Below, piece by piece: positions 11,254 through 25,311 of a DNA stretch of 64,000 nt. Position numbers and translations under genes: made by a program. Numbering within the stretch: position 1 is the first letter of the stretch; each line of letters begins with the position of its first letter. Below the pieces are notes generated by a model. It was not told the DNA's origin. It saw only the letters and a list, made by a program, of their open reading frames with translations, and ran no database searches. Source of the stretch: Chiloscyllium plagiosum (lineage: Eukaryota); the NCBI RefSeq assembly GCF_004010195.1, contig NC_057755.1, forward strand, positions 3,991,462 through 4,055,461. The letters are read 5' to 3'.

Positions 11254-13384
11254 CTGAAAATATACCTGGGGTGCTTATGTTCAAATTTACGTACCAACAA
11301 AATAACAATAGTAACAGTAAAAATCAGTATATAATGCAAATTTTAATTTATAACCAAAGATGAAATGACAATTTTAATCGAACGCCCATGAGACGACGTT
11401 CAAATAAACCAATATCATTCGGGGAACATCGAAGAATAACAGCAACAAATGGCACGGTGGGAAATATCCTGTTTGAGAAAGTTGTCTGATCCTCTGTGGG
11501 AGAGTTGCTACCACAACACTCCAGATCGCAGCTTTGGTGCTATTGAACTCTGTACCACAGTCCTGTGCATCTTTGCTTTTACTAATGGCACAGTTCCCAC
11601 ATCTTTTTGACATTCAAACTATTCAACATCATAATTGGAACTCTGTGCTCAATACCCCTCCCAGTGATCTGCCCTCATAACTATCATGTCCCCACACATA
11701 CTTTGAAAACATAAAACATAGTTGGAGCCCTCCGTGCTGACCCTCAGTGATCATTCCATAATGACCTGCTCACCCAACCCATTGCTCTGGTGTATCTGGC
11801 TCCCATTTGGAGCGAGCTGCCTGAGCAAGATCCACTATAACAATCCCTTCACATCAAGGAATGGGAAACACCAAGTATCACTAAGAGGTGTGTTGCTGGA
11901 AAACCCATCTGACCAATAGCAGGCTTTGAACTCCTACAGAGAGAGTGGTCTTGCTAAACACTTCTTAGGCCAGCCAGGGCCGGTGCTCAGCCAAACCCCA
12001 TCAATGTGGCCTCAGGGTAAATCCATTCTGCACAGTATAGAGAAACAGACGCTGCTGCACATTACTGAGGGACCTCCTAATTAAACAACTATTTAAATTC
12101 AGAAAAGGAGGACACTATCATTTGGCATCGGTATTTGCCTTGCGAAGTGGAAATAAATTAATTATCAGTCCTAGAGTGGAAATAAGTTGGATTAAATACA
12201 GAGATTTATATGACATAAGTTGTTCCAAGACTTACCAGGAATACCAACAATTGCAAAGATTGTGTAGTATACTTTTTCAATCATTGCCCTTGGAAGGTAC
12301 ATTTTGTTGGTTTGTGACAAAGTCTCTCCCTTCCTACTGTTGGTAATCTGTCTGAATTGGAGAATTGCCTTAGAAATGATCCAGAGGTATTATTTTATAT
12401 TGTATGGTGTCCCCACTGGGAAACTGTGATTACAGTTTGGACTTTTTAAATTAATTATAACAACCAGTTCACGACAATAGGTTTATTTTGATGGTGTGAT
12501 ATCATTGAGATTTATATCTATAATGAATACCCCAAAGACTGGATTAATCTGATACTATTAGGTTTCAAACGTTAATTGCATATTGTCTTCAAACTACAAG
12601 ATTTGCATTATTTCACACTCTTTCCGTCTTTTCAATATTGAAATATCTTTAGATATTCGTTTCTGTGATTATCTTCATTTTTCTGAGGCTAATCATTTAT
12701 TCAATGCCTCATATTGCAAAGCTCCTTGATAGATATTTCACTGCACAATGTTCTATCATACGTTTCTTGTAAATTCAGGCAAGCAACACATTTGGATTTT
12801 TTTTTAAATCTATGATCGAGCTCTCGAATATAGAACCTGAAGTTAATACCACAACAGCAACTCAAACTTATGCTATGTAATATATTTTGCAAAACAAATA
12901 CAAAAATAAATAGAAACTAATTCAGAACCTTCACTTCAAAATGATAAAATGACAAAATCACATAGAATGCAAGAGACTCTTCCCCCTGCTCCCCCCACCC
13001 CCACTCCCCATTCTGTTTGTCACAACAAAATGAAACTAAATCTACATCAGTCCCACTCTCCATCACTTGGCCCATAGAGTTGAATACTATGATATTCCGA
13101 GCTTGTATCCAAGTACTTCTTAAAGGTTGTGAGGTTTCTCTTCTTAACTATCCTCCCAGGCAGTGTATTGCAGGCCCTGACAATCCTCTCCAGGAGAAGA
13201 ATTTTTCTCATGTCCCGCTAAACCTCCACCCTTTCAATTTCAAAATATGCCAACTTGTTATTGACACTTTGTCTGAGAGGAACATCTGCTTTCTATTCAC
13301 CCTGCCCGTGTCTCTCTTGAATCCATGTCACGGCTGTAGGTAAATCTGCCCGTGCTGATGCAGCCTCCCCCGTCACAGCAATAT

Positions 13385-13905
13385 TAGAGTCATAGAGTCA
13401 TAGAGATGTACAGTGCGGAAACAGGCCCTTTGGTCCAACCCGTCCATGCCGACTAGTTATCATAACCCAATCTTGCCCCACCTGCCAGCACCCAGCCCAT
13501 ATCCCTCCAAACCCTTCCCAATCACATACCCATCCAAATGCCTTTCAAATGTTGCAAATGCATCAGCCTCCACCACTTTCACAAGGTATTGTGAAACTTG
13601 GAAGGGTTCAGAAAAGATTTACAACGATGTTGCCAGAGTTGGAGGATTTGAGCTATTTGGAGAGGCTGAACAGGCTGGAGCTGTTTTCCCTGGAGCATTG
13701 GAGGCTGAGGGGTGACCTTACAGAGATTTACAAAATTATGAAGGGCATGAATACGATAAATGGACAAAGTCTTTTCCCTGGGATGGGGGAAGCCCAGAAC
13801 TAGAGGCATAGGTATAGCGTGAGAGGGGAAAGATATAAGAGGCAGCATTTTCATGCAGAGGGTGGTACGTGTATGGAATGAGCTGCCAGAGGAGATGGGG
13901 GAGGC
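13385..13905. mobile_element. CR1 3' fragments in opposite orientations
   Basis: A minus-strand CR1 tail (agagtcat repeats) at about 13385-13580 abuts a plus-strand VQKRFTTMLP...RLRGDL segment. Confidence 0.8.
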
Positions 13906-16900
13906 TGATTTATTTCGGATCATTCGGGAGGCAGAGGGGGTTATTGACAGGACTTACAGAGAGGTAGTCACTCCCCAGGTAAAAGAAGAAGACAGATGGT
14001 ACCAGTTAGGGGACAGAAAGGGAACCAGCAGGCAGTGAAGGGATTCTCTGTGGCCATTCCCCTCAACAATAAGTATACCGTTTTGGAAACTGTTGGGTGG
14101 GATGACTTACCAGGGGAAAGCAGTAGGGCATCAGATGCTTAGAAGGGAAGGGTGAAAAGGAGCAGAGCAGTAGTCATTGGGGACTCGATAGTTAGGGGGA
14201 CAGGTAGGAGGTTCTGAGGAGACGAGAGAGATTCACGGTTGGTTGTTGCCTCCCGGGTGCCAGGGTCTGTGATGTCTCTGATCGTGTTTTGGGGATCCGT
14301 CGGGGGGAGGGAGAGCAACCCCAAGTCGTCGTGGTCCACATTGGCACCAACGACATTGGTCGGAAGAGAGATGGGGACTTGAGGCAGAAATTCAGGGAGC
14401 TAGGATGGAAGCTTAGTGCTAGGACAAACAGAGTTGCTTTCTCTGGTTTGCTGCCCGTACCACGTGCTAGTGAGGTGAGGAATAGGGAGAGAAATGAGTT
14501 GAACACGTGGTTACAGGGATGGTGCGGGAGGGAGGGTTTCAGATTTTTGGATAATTGGAGCTCTTTCTGGGGTTGGTGGGACCTCTACAAGCAAGATTGT
14601 CTTCATCTAAACCAGAGGGGTGCCAATACCCTGGGTATTAAGGTGGATTTAATCTAATGCAGCAGGGGGATGGGAACCAAAATTGTAGGACAGGTACAGA
14701 AGAGGATGAGCGTAGGGAATTCCAAAATCAAGTATCTGACACTGGCAAGCGAGAACCTGGCTTGAAGTGTGTGTATGTCAACGCGAGGAGCATCTGAAAT
14801 AAAGTGGGTAAACTGGCAGCGTGGGTTGGTACCTGGGACTTTGATGTTATGGCCATTACGGAGACATGGATAGAGCAGAGACAGGAATGGCTATTGCATG
14901 TTCCGCTATTCAGTTGTTTCAGTAAGAACAGAGAAGATGGTCAAAGAGGGGAAGGTAAGGCATTGATGATCAGGGACAATATTACAGTTGTAGAAAGGAT
15001 GTTTGGGGACTCGTTAACTGAGGTAGTATGGGCTGAGGATAGAAACAGGAAAGGAGAAGTCACCATGCTGGGAGTTTTCTATAGGCCTCCGAATAGTCCC
15101 AGAGATGTAGTGGAAAGGATAACAAAGATGATTCTCGATAGGAGTGAGAGAGGCAGGATAGTTGTCATGGGGGACTTCAACTATCCAAATTTCAACTGGG
15201 ATCACGACAGTAGGAGTACTATAGATGGGTCGGTTTTTGTCCAGTATGTGCAGGAAGGCTTCCTGACACAGTATGTAGACAGGCCTACAAGGGGCGAAAC
15301 CATTTTAGATTTAGTACTGGGTAACGTTAGAATTGGAAGTAGATGAGCACTTTGGAGACAGCGATCACAATTCTGTCAGGTTTACTTTAGTGATGGAAAG
15401 CTATAGGTGTATTCCACTGAGCAAGAGTTACAACTGGGTAAAGGGAAATTACGATGCAATTAGGAAAGATTTAGGAAGCGTAGAATTGGGAAGGAAACTG
15501 CAGGGGATGAGCACATTAAACATGTGGAACTTATTCATGGGAAAGCTCCTGTGTGTCCTAGATAAGTATGTACCTGTCAGACAGGGAGGAATATATAGAA
15601 CGCGTGAGCCGTGGTTTACTAAGGAAGTGGAATCCATGGTCAAGAAGAAGAAGAAGGCTTATGTTCGGACAAAATGTGAAAACTCAGTTATGGCGCTTGA
15701 GGGTTACAAGGAAGTCAGGAAAGACCTACAAAGAGAGCTTAGAAGAGCCAGGAGGAGATATGAGAAGTTGTTGGCGGATAGGGTCATGGTTAGCCCGAAG
15801 GCTTTCCATAGGTATGTCAGCAATAAAAGAATGACGACAGTTAAATGAGGGCCAATCAAGGATAATAGTGAGAAGTTGTGTATGGAGTCAGAGGAGACAG
15901 GGGAAGCACTAAATAAATATTTTTCGACAGTGTTCACTACAGAAAATGAAAATGTTGGCGGGGAAGATACAGAGACACTTGCATCTAGACCAGAAGAGAT
16001 TGAGGTTCACAAGGAAGAGGTATTAGATATACTGCAGGGTGTGAAAATAGACAAGTCCCCTGAACCGGATGGGATCTATCCTAGGATCATCTGGGAAGCA
16101 AGGGAAGAGATTGCCAAAACTTTGGCATTGATCTTCAAATCATCATTGTCTACAGGAATAGTGTCTGATTACTGGAGGATAGCAAATATGGTTCCCTTGT
16201 TCAAAGAGGTTAGTTGAGACAAACCTGGTAATTCAGTTGTTGGTAAAGTGTTGGAAAAGGTTATAAGAGATAGGATTTATAACCATCTAGAAAAGAATAA
16301 TCTGATCAGGGACAGTCAGCACGGTTTTGTGAAGGATAGGTCGTGCCTAACGAATCTTCTTGAGTTTTTTGACAAAGTAAACAAACAGGTGGATGAGAGT
16401 AAACCGGTTGATGTGATGTGTATGGATTTCAGCAAGGCGTTCGATAAGGTTCCCCATAGTAGGCTATTATACAAAATGCAGAGGAATGGGATTGTGGGGG
16501 GCATAGCAGTTTGGATCAGTAATTGGCTTGCTGAAAGAAAACAGAGGGTTGTCATTGATGGAACATGTTCATGTTTGTGTCAGTTACTAGCGGCGCACCG
16601 CAAGGGTCGGTGTTGAGTCCACTGCTGTTCGTCATTTTTATAAATGACCTGGATGAGCGCTGAGAAGGGTGGGTAAGTAAATTTGCGGACGACACATAGG
16701 TCGGTGGAGTTGTGGATAGTGACGAAGGATGAAGTAGGTTGCAGAGAGACACAGAGAGGATGCAGAGCCTGGCTGAGAGGTGGCAAATGGAGTTTAATGT
16801 GGAGAAGTGTGAGGTGATACACTTTGGATGGAGTAATAGGAATGCAAAGTACTGGGCTAATGGTAAGATTCTTGGGAGTGCAGATGACAGAGAGATCTCA

Positions 16901-17565
16901 GTGTCCATGTACATAGATCCCTGAAAGTTGGCACCCAGATTGACAGGGTTGTTAAGATGGCATGAAGTGTTTTGGCCTTTGTTAATAGAGCGATTGAGTT
17001 CCAGAACCAGGAGGTTATGCTGCAGCTTTACAAAGCTCTCGTACGGCCACACTTGGAGTATTGTGTACAGTTCTGGTCACCGCATTATAAGAAGGATGTG
17101 GAATCTTTGGAAAGGGTACAGAGAAGATTTACTAGGATGTTACCTGGTACGGAAGGAATGTCTTACGAGGAAAGACTGAGGGCCTTGAGGTTGTTCTCGT
17201 TAGAGAGAATAAGGTTGAGAGGTGACTTAATAGAGACATACAAGATAATCAGAGGGTTAGATAGGGTGGACAGGGAGAGCCTTTTTCCAAGTATGGGGGC
17301 GGCAAACACGAGGGGACGCAACTTTAAAGTGAGCAGAGATAGGTATAAGACAGATGTCAGAGGTAGTTTCTTTACTCAGAGAGTAATAAGGGTATGGAAT
17401 GCTTTGCCTGTAGATTTGCCAAGTTTAAGAGCATTTAATTAGTCATTGGAGAGGCATATGGGCGTACATGGAATAGTGTAAGTGGGATGGGCTTCAGATT
17501 AGCATGACAGGGCGGCGCAACATCGAGGGCCGAAGGGCCTGTACTGCGCTGTAATGTTCTATTTT
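13906..17565 (+). mobile_element. Near full-length CR1 LINE: ORF1 (SGNH esterase-like), ORF2 (APE and RT) and 3' tail; disrupted
   Basis: ORF1 GDSIVRG, VVVHIGTNDIG, LHLNQRG. ORF2 MGDFNYP, ILDLVLGN, SDHN, SQHGF, DFSKAFDKV, FADD, LEYCVQFWSP. The 3' end is gggcctgtactgcgctgtaatgttctat. Confidence 0.95.
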
Positions 17566-18123
17566 CTATGTATAGGCAGGGTTTGGAGTGGTCTGGGCCA
17601 ATTGCTGGCAAGTGGGACTAGATTGGGCTGGATAGAGCTCCACCCTAAGTGTTAGAAAGTCAGGTCGAACCATTCTGCTAATAAAAAGCAAACATACAGA
17701 AAAGAGCGCCCTGCTTCCTATTCTGCTAAAAGTGTGAGTGAGTGCAAGATACCTGCTAATTTCCACCATTTAAATAAAAGTAACAAGTTATTTTCCGAAC
17801 TCTAATAGTGAACATTTAAATGAAGCTACTAACAAACTGGACACTCTTTCCCCTAACAAATCATTATCCATTACTGAACACAATTCTATTAATGTACTGT
17901 GCAAATAACGCAAATATTAACCGTTAGATTAACTTAACTACAAGTCGACACAGTCTCTTATGCTGTCTTTCTTATGTTTTTCTGATTCTGCTGTCTTTCG
18001 TTTTACAGAGAATATTTTTACAAGAAAATGTGCCTTTTGATATATATACCTTCTGAGGGTTTTAAGAACTCATTTTGGATGACGTGTGCACTCTGGTTAA
18101 ATAGGTAGTTAACTCTCTGGCTT

Positions 18124-19472
18124 CTCTTTCCAATTCTCACCCTGAACAACTTCTCATTCCAATCCTCCCACTTCCTCCAAACCAAAGGAGTAGCCATGGG
18201 CACCTACATGGGCCCCAGCTATGCCTGCCTCTTCGTCGGATATGTGGAACAGTCCATCTTCCGCAGCTACACTGGCACCACCCCCCACCTTTTCCTCCAC
18301 TACATCGATGACTGTATCGGCGCTGCCTCGTGCTCCCACGAGGAAGTTGAACAGTTCATCCACTTTACCAACACCTTCCACCCCGACCTCAAATTNNNNN
18401 NNNNNNNNNNNNNNNNNNNNNNNNNNNNNNNNNNNNNNNNNNNNNNNNNNNNNNNNNNNNNNNNNNNNNNNNNNNNNNNNNNNNNNNNNNNNNNNNNNNN
18501 NNNNNNNNNNNNNNNNNNNNNNNNNNNNNNNNNNNNNNNNNNNNNNNNNNNNNNNNNNNNNNNNNNNNNNNNNNNNNNNNNNNNNNNNNNNNNNNNNNNN
18601 NNNNNNNNNNNNNNNNNNNNNNNNNNNNNNNNNNNNNNNNNNNNNNNNNNNNNNNNNNNNNNNNNNNNNNNNNNNNNNNNNNNNNNNNNNNNNNNNNNNN
18701 NNNNNNNNNNNNNNNNNNNNNNNNNNNNNNNNNNNNNNNNNNNNNNNNNNNNNNNNNNNNNNNNNNNNNNNNNNNNNNNNNNNNNNNNNNNNNNNNNNNN
18801 NNNNNNNNNNNNNNNNNNNNNNNNNNNNNNNNNNNNNNNNNNNNNNNNNNNNNNNNNNNNNNNNNNNNNNNNNNNNNNNNNNNNNNNNNNNNNNNNNNNN
18901 NNNNNNNNNNNNNNNNNNNNNNNNNNNNNNNNNNNNNNNNNNNNNNNNNNNNNNNNNNNNNNNNNNNNNNNNNNNNNNNNNNNNNNNNNNNNNNNNNNNN
19001 NNNNNNNNNNNNNNNNNNNNNNNNNNNNNNNNNNNNNNNNNNNNNNNNNNNNNNNNNNNNNNNNNNNNNNNNNNNNNNNNNNNNNNNNNNNNNNNNNNNN
19101 NNNNNNNNNNNNNNNNNNNNNNNNNNNNNNNNNNNNNNNNNNNNNNNNNNNNNNNNNNNNNNNNNNNNNNNNNNNNNNNNNNNNNNNNNNNNNNNNNNNN
19201 NNNNNNNNNNNNNNNNNNNNNNNNNNNCCCACTCCGGCCTATCACCCTCACCTTGACCTCCTTCCACCTATCGCATTTCCAACGCCCCTCACCCAAGTCC
19301 CTCCTCCCTACCTTTTATCTTAGCCTGCTGGGCACACTTTCCTCATTCCTGAAGAAGGGCCTAAGCCCGAAACGTCGATTCTCCTGTTCCTTGGATGCTG
19401 CCTGACCTGCTGCGCTTTTCCAGCAACACATTTTCAGCTCTAATCTCCAACATCTGCAGTCCTCACTTTCTT
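18124..19472 (+). mobile_element. Young Penelope-like element nested in the solo LTR (partly in gap)
   Basis: GVAMGTYMGPSYACLFVG...YIDDCIG RT motifs, intact terminal sequence, and an 11-bp duplication ctctctggctt (18113-18123 and 19473-19483). Confidence 0.9.
19345..19380 (+). ncRNA. Minimal hammerhead ribozyme motif of the PLE terminus
   Basis: CTGAAGA-A-GGGC(CTAA)GCCC-GAAA-CGTC: intact CUGANGA and GAAA boxes, stem II and GUC triplet, as described for Penelope pseudo-LTRs. Confidence 0.75.
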
Positions 19473-19814
19473 CTCTCTGGCTTATCTGGCCAATTTTCAA
19501 AACACCCATGTTGTCGATACTCCCAACATCAATCCCTCTCGTTGTCAATTTAATAAATCCAAGCTCAATTCAGTTTTAGTATCCTGGGCATAATTTAAAT
19601 TAATTGGTTAAATTGAATCGTTGTCAAAACAACTACTGAAACTCAGGTATCCTTTTAACAGCCATTTACTACATGTGTCTACTTCGGTACAGCCCGTATC
19701 TTAGCTGTTCAGTTCTGGCAGCTGTAGCTATACTTTAGATTTACATTAAAATTCAGAAAAAAAACTTGAAGTGCACATACTCTGTTTTGATTTTGTAACA
19801 CTAAGCAACATTCA

Positions 19815-20880
19815 GGTGAGTCTCTGCTGAACTCCCTCCAATGCAGTTAGATCCTTCCTATGGTGCAGTGCCCAGAACTGCAAACAATAGTACAAGTATG
19901 GCTTAACCAAAGTCCCAACAGGTCCTCTCTGCTCTTATAATAATGCCCCACATGTCCCATAGACCTTCTTAACTACCCTATTAACTTGTCCTGCTGCCTT
20001 AAGAGATCAATTAATAAGCTCCTTAAAATAAAGTTGTATTCCTCTGAGCTTCCCACTGTCCAACCATTCACTGAGTACTACCTTGTCTTTTGACTGTGAA
20101 TTCTGTCAAATTGCATCATCTCACATTTATCAGTGTTAAATGCTATTTGTCAATGACTTGCGCATTTGACCAATTTCTCTATAACAATCTGTAACCTAAG
20201 ACTATATTCCTCCCTGCCAACCAGCCAGTCAATACTTCTGTCACGTACGTATCGTCTCCTATTACAACTGCTGTACCCTCTGCGTAATGCACACACTCAC
20301 TTCGATACACTTTATAAATATTACAAACAATAAGGGATTAAACACCACTGCATGTCAGCCTCCAATTATATAAACACCCTCCTCTCAACACTCTGCCTCC
20401 TCTGATTGGACCAATTCTCAAGCCAACTTGAAACATTCTTTGGGATGCCATGTGTTTTCACTTTTGTCATCAATCTCCCACATGGAATCTTATCAAAGGC
20501 TTTGCTGAAATCCGTACAAACGCATCAATTGTCCTACACTCATCTGCAGACCTGGTCACCTCCTCACAAACTCCACCAGATTTCTGAGAAGTGACCCTGC
20601 CCCTTTAACAAAAGCGTACTAACTAACCATGATCAAGTATTACCTCTAAAAATAGAGATTAATTCTCTCCTTCGGAATTTTCTCCAATAGTTTCCCAAAC
20701 ACTGATGTGATGCTCTCTGATCTATTATTCCTGTTCTATCACTCCCACCATTGAAAACTAGAAATTAATCAACTATCCTCCAGTCCTCCAACACCTCCCC
20801 TCTGGCCGCTGAGGAATAAAGGTTTGGGTCAGGGTACCTGCGATTTCCTCCCTCGGCTCCTTGGTTACAATTCTGCCTCA
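19815..20880 (-). mobile_element. Old CR1-type LINE ORF2 fragment
   Basis: Minus-strand DFSKAFDKIPC and degenerate YCLQFWALHHRKD motifs. Confidence 0.7.
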
Positions 20881-21339
20881 TCTAAGGATCTGTGCCCTTT
20901 TGATCTTGGTGAAATCTACGCGACCTGTTCACATCATATATAAGGCTCATCCTGGTATCCACAGGGATATCCAAGACTTACCACGAAAGCCTGAAACAAT
21001 GGATAATAGGGAAGCATTACCTTTAAATGGGTAACGTACCTTCCCGACAGCTTCCTGGTCTCTGGTTTTGGAACATTCTCCATAATATGTTTGAGCCGTA
21101 ATAAACCGCGGGTAACTTTAACCAGAGAAAGCAGACCCGTGGATACAGGTGTCACCCCTTAAACTGCTCAAGAGGGATTCAGCAAGGTTTGGTTTGGAAT
21201 TTTCTCCATCCAAATGGTGTTCCCAATCTACGAAAGGACGACAAAATACGTTCCATTAGCCATGGTTTCCGAATGCAATTTTTTTAGTTGAACCCATAGC
21301 AAAATACTTCCAACTGAAATAATGATTGAGTTTGTAACA

Positions 21340-21650
21340 CCAGAATCACTAGTGTGGAAGCAGGACAGTCCTCCAATCGATTCCTCACTGACTCATCCCC
21401 TACCCCACCCCATAACTCTGTATTTCCCATTTCTAACCCATCTACCCTGCACATCCCTGGAACATATGGACAAATTAATATGACCAATTCACCGAACCTA
21501 CACATGTTGGACTGAGGCAGGAAACTGAAGCACATGAAGGAAACCTACACAGACACAGGGAGAATGTGTAAACTCCACAAAGACACTTGCCGAGGATGGA
21601 AATGCACTTGGGTGCTATAAGGCAGCAGTGCTTACCAATGTGCCACTGAA
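21340..21650 (-). mobile_element. HE1-like V-SINE, degenerate
   Basis: Conserved V-domain gtggagttt(a)cacattctccctgtgtctg on the minus strand, with tRNA-like head. Confidence 0.8.
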
Positions 21651-22184
21651 TAAAGCACTCATAATTCAAGAGATTGTCCGAGTGAATTACAGTCACACAC
21701 AAACACACACACACGCACTTCAACATTAGTCTTCTTCCTTCCTACTTAATACCTTCCTTTGCATGAGAAAACAATTCCCTCTACTCATCTATAATTCCTT
21801 CAAACTTTGCACTGATCAGATGCAAACTGGAGTTGTCTCTCAACTGTTCCCACTCAATTAACTGAATGTTGTTGACCACCCTCACTTTGTTTGCCTCTCA
21901 TTTTCATGAAATCAAGTTGAAAAAAGAAATAATATTAATATAAATAATAATCACACAATTTAAATCTTTATTGGGTGATTGGAACCGAATTTTCAAATTG
22001 GGTTCGAAATTGGCTCATCTTCTGAAATTAATGTCGACATTAAACTATTGTCAATTGTAGTAACAACTTATTTTGTTAACTAATGCCCTTTAGGGAATGG
22101 AAACTGCTCCCCTTACCTGGACTGGGCTACATGTGATTCCAGACCCACAGAAATTGCTGTGGCTGTCAATGGTCAGACTCTAGG

Positions 22185-23005
22185 CTCCAGGATTTATATA
22201 AATGATTTAGATGTGAACATTCGAGGCTTAGTCAGTAAGTTTGCAGATGACACCAAAATTGGAGGTGTCGTGGACAGTGAAGAAAGTCATGTAAGATCAC
22301 AATGGGATCTTGGTCAGATGGGCCAATGGCTGAGGGGTGGCAGATAGAGTTTAGTTTAGATAATTGTGAGGTGCTGCATTTTGGAAAGGCAAATCAGTTA
22401 ATGCTATGGTCGGAGGGAGTATTGCTGAACAAAGAGACCTTGGAGTGCAGATTCACAGCTCCTTGAAAGTTTAGTTGCACGTAGAAAAGATACTGAAGAA
22501 GGCATTTGATATGCTTTCGATTATTGGTCAGAATATTGAGTATAGGCGTTGGGCAATACTGTTGTGGCTGTACAGGATGTTGGTTAGGCCACTTTTGGAA
22601 TATTGTGTGCAATTCAGATCTCCTTCCTATTGGAATAATGTGTGAAAATTAAAAGGGTTCAGTCAAGATTTACAAGGATGTTGCCAATGTTGGAGGTTTT
22701 GAGTTGTAAGAAAAGGCTGAATGGGCTGGGGCTGTTTTGTCTGGAGCATTGGAGGTTGAGGTGTGACGTTATAAAGGTTTATAACATCGAGAGGTACATG
22801 GATTGGATAAATAGACAAAGCTCTTTTCCCTGTTTGGGGGGAATCTAGAACTAGTGGGCATAGGTTTAGGTGAGAATGAAGGGTTTAGAGGAATATTGCT
22901 CATGTGCTGGCAAATAGGACTAGATTAGGTTAGGATATCTGGTCGGCATGGATGAGTTGGACGAAGGGTATGTTTCCGTGCTGTACATCTCTATGACTCT
23001 ATGAC
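22185..23005 (+). mobile_element. CR1 LINE 3' part with tail
   Basis: IYINDLD...SKFADDTKIGG, ending in ctctatgactctatga. Confidence 0.9.
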
Positions 23006-24335
23006 TTCACTGCAGGAGTTCCTCAAGATTCTGTCCAAGTTCTAACTATCTTTACTGAAAGTATAATTGACCTTCCCACAATCGCAATGTCATAATTCCA
23101 AGGTGTTCGCAAATAATCACACAATCTTCAGCAACATTCTTAACTCCTTAGATTCTGTAGCCCTCCATCTCGCAATGCAGCAATATCCTGGCAGTTTCCA
23201 GTCCTGGACTGACAAGTGACAAGTAACATTTGCGCCACACAAATGCCAAGCAATTATCACCTCCAACAAAAGTTCACCGAAATAATGTCACTTGACATTC
23301 AGTGGTTTACTAATGCTTAGTCCCCTGTGCTCAAAGACGTCAGAGTTACCATTGAATCGAAAATAAACTTGACTCACAGATGAAATACTGTAATTCAAAG
23401 AGCAAGTCAGAGGTAAAGAATACTGCTGTGAGTAATGCCTTGTGTGATGCTTAAAGCCTCTCCACGATCTACATGGCACACATCAGGAGTTTGATGGAAC
23501 CATCCCCACTTGTCTGGTCGAAAATATTTCCAATAACCCTTCAGAAATGGTATTACAGCATGATCAAACAGCTATGTAAAGCACAGTGCTACGGACACTC
23601 AATATGGGAAATGGGATCCCAATGTGACCAAGCAGCTATATAAAGCACAGTGCTGCACGCTCTCAATATCAGAAATGGGATTACAGCGTGATCAGGAAGC
23701 TATATAAAGCACAGTGCTACGGAGACTCAATATTGGAAATGGGATACCAGATTGATCAAGCGACTGTATAAAGCACAATACTGCAGGCTGTCAATGTTAG
23801 AATTTAAAGAAAATACTGCTGGAGAAATTCATAAAATCTTGCAGTAACTGTGGAGAGAATTAAAAATCACACAATACCACAGTTACAGTCCAACAGGTTT
23901 AATTAAACCTGGTCCAATTAAATCTGTTGGACTATAATCTGGTGTTGTGTGATTTGTACACCCCAGTCCAACACCGGCATATCCAGTGGAGAGAATGGCA
24001 GAGATAAGTGTTTTGAGTCCAATGTAACTCTTCTGAAGGGGAGTCATTTTGGACTAGAAATATTAATTCTCTTTCTCTCTTCAAAATTGTACCTGACCGG
24101 CATTTGCAATAATGTAATCAGTTCGATTGGTCCCATATCCATACACATACAGTCCATCCGCCACCAATGTTCAGTGGCAGCATTATGTATAATTGACAAT
24201 ACGCACGGCAGAAATTCACCAAACCGTAACTTACAATCAACTACAGTCACGTTCCGAAAGACAAAGGCAGTAGATGCATGGGAACACCTTTAACTGCATG
24301 CTCCCAACCAAACCACTCACCATCCTGACTTGAAT
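23006..24335 (+). mobile_element. Old LINE of a second CR1/L2-group family, interrupted by a tandem repeat and PLE termini
   Basis: GVPQDSV-type RT segment and MEPSPLVW (MEYSPLAW-like) C-terminal region; same family as 48165-49860 and 57325-57817. Confidence 0.6.
23540..23800. repeat. 64-bp tandem repeat, 4 copies, alternating ABAB
   Basis: aaagcaca recurs at about 23578, 23642, 23706 and 23770. Copies 1 and 3 share gtgctacgga; copies 2 and 4 share ctgca. Confidence 0.85.
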
Positions 24336-25311
24336 ATACCTTTCTTCAGAAAAAAATGCCATCTCCCAGTGGACTTTCGAGCTGTCCTCTCCTTAGCGAG
24401 ACACAACTAGTTGTCAGTTTAACCAGAGGATCATCATGCTCCAGGTGAGGGCCGAGGTTGAGAAGCTGGGACCTTCATGGAGATCTCAGTCAGTGTGGGG
24501 ATTGAACCTGCGCTGTTGGAGCCACTCTACATTACAAGCCAGCCGCCCTGCCATCACTGCTGTAGGGGGTCAGTTCGCGCAGTTGGTTGGATGGCTGGTG
24601 TGAGATGTAGAGAGACGAGATGATCCTTAGTTTAAAATCACCGGTCATTGTCTCTCTCGATGAGAGAACAGTCCTCTGGAACTTGGATAATTTCTTCGGT
24701 ATGCCTCTGTTAAAATCCTGGACAATCCCTCTTCCCCCCTCCCCTTCACACCACCAACCAGTTGTTCCTACACTCTCAGGACTGCAGGGACACGAGAAAG
24801 CAGCTCCCAGCACATTCTCAAGGGCAATATATTCTGGCCCATCCACCAAAACCCAAGCCCCATTAACGAATTGATGAAACACGTCTGAACAAAACATTTT
24901 GACAGCCAAGATATTGACGACCAGAAACTTTAGATAAATGTGCAAGTGAAATTGTTGGATATGTGCACATTTGTCAGATTATTTCAGGTGGAGGCTGACT
25001 GAGTGAGTGTGAGAGTAAGAATGAGAAAGAGAGAGAAAGAGAGTGAGAGTGGGAGAGAGGGAGAGAGAGACAGAGAGGAAGAAAATGGGCGTGACAGTTG
25101 CTGAATTCAGTTCAACCTCATTTTTACTATGATGTAATACATTGAGAAGAGAACAGTGTTGACTGAATTTTCTTTGGAAAGTTTCTAAACTGTAAAGCAT
25201 TTCAGACAGGACTATCAGGAAGTGGTTAACCCATGTAGCAAGTCATAAAAATCCTGCTTCTAAAAGCAGGAATAACTTCTTATAATCCAAAATGGACATC
25301 AGTATATGTGC

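Larger units (their letters stand above)
17650..19800. mobile_element. Solo LTR (about 790 bp without its nested insertion) with 5-bp target-site duplication
   Basis: Starts TGTTA (17650), ends TAACA (19800), flanked by CTAAG at 17645-17649 and 19801-19805. Confidence 0.75.

Noticed and set aside
13385..13905. Twin-priming 5' inversion of a single CR1
   Set aside because: Plausible, but the plus-strand piece seems to resume at about 17566-17635, which favours two separate copies. No duplication was found to settle it.
18154..19405. Long ORFs of 292-394 aa
   Set aside because: They span an N gap; only the short PLE RT part is real.
23540..23800. CRISPR-like repeat-spacer pattern
   Set aside because: The whole 64-bp unit is repeated, so it is a plain tandem repeat.
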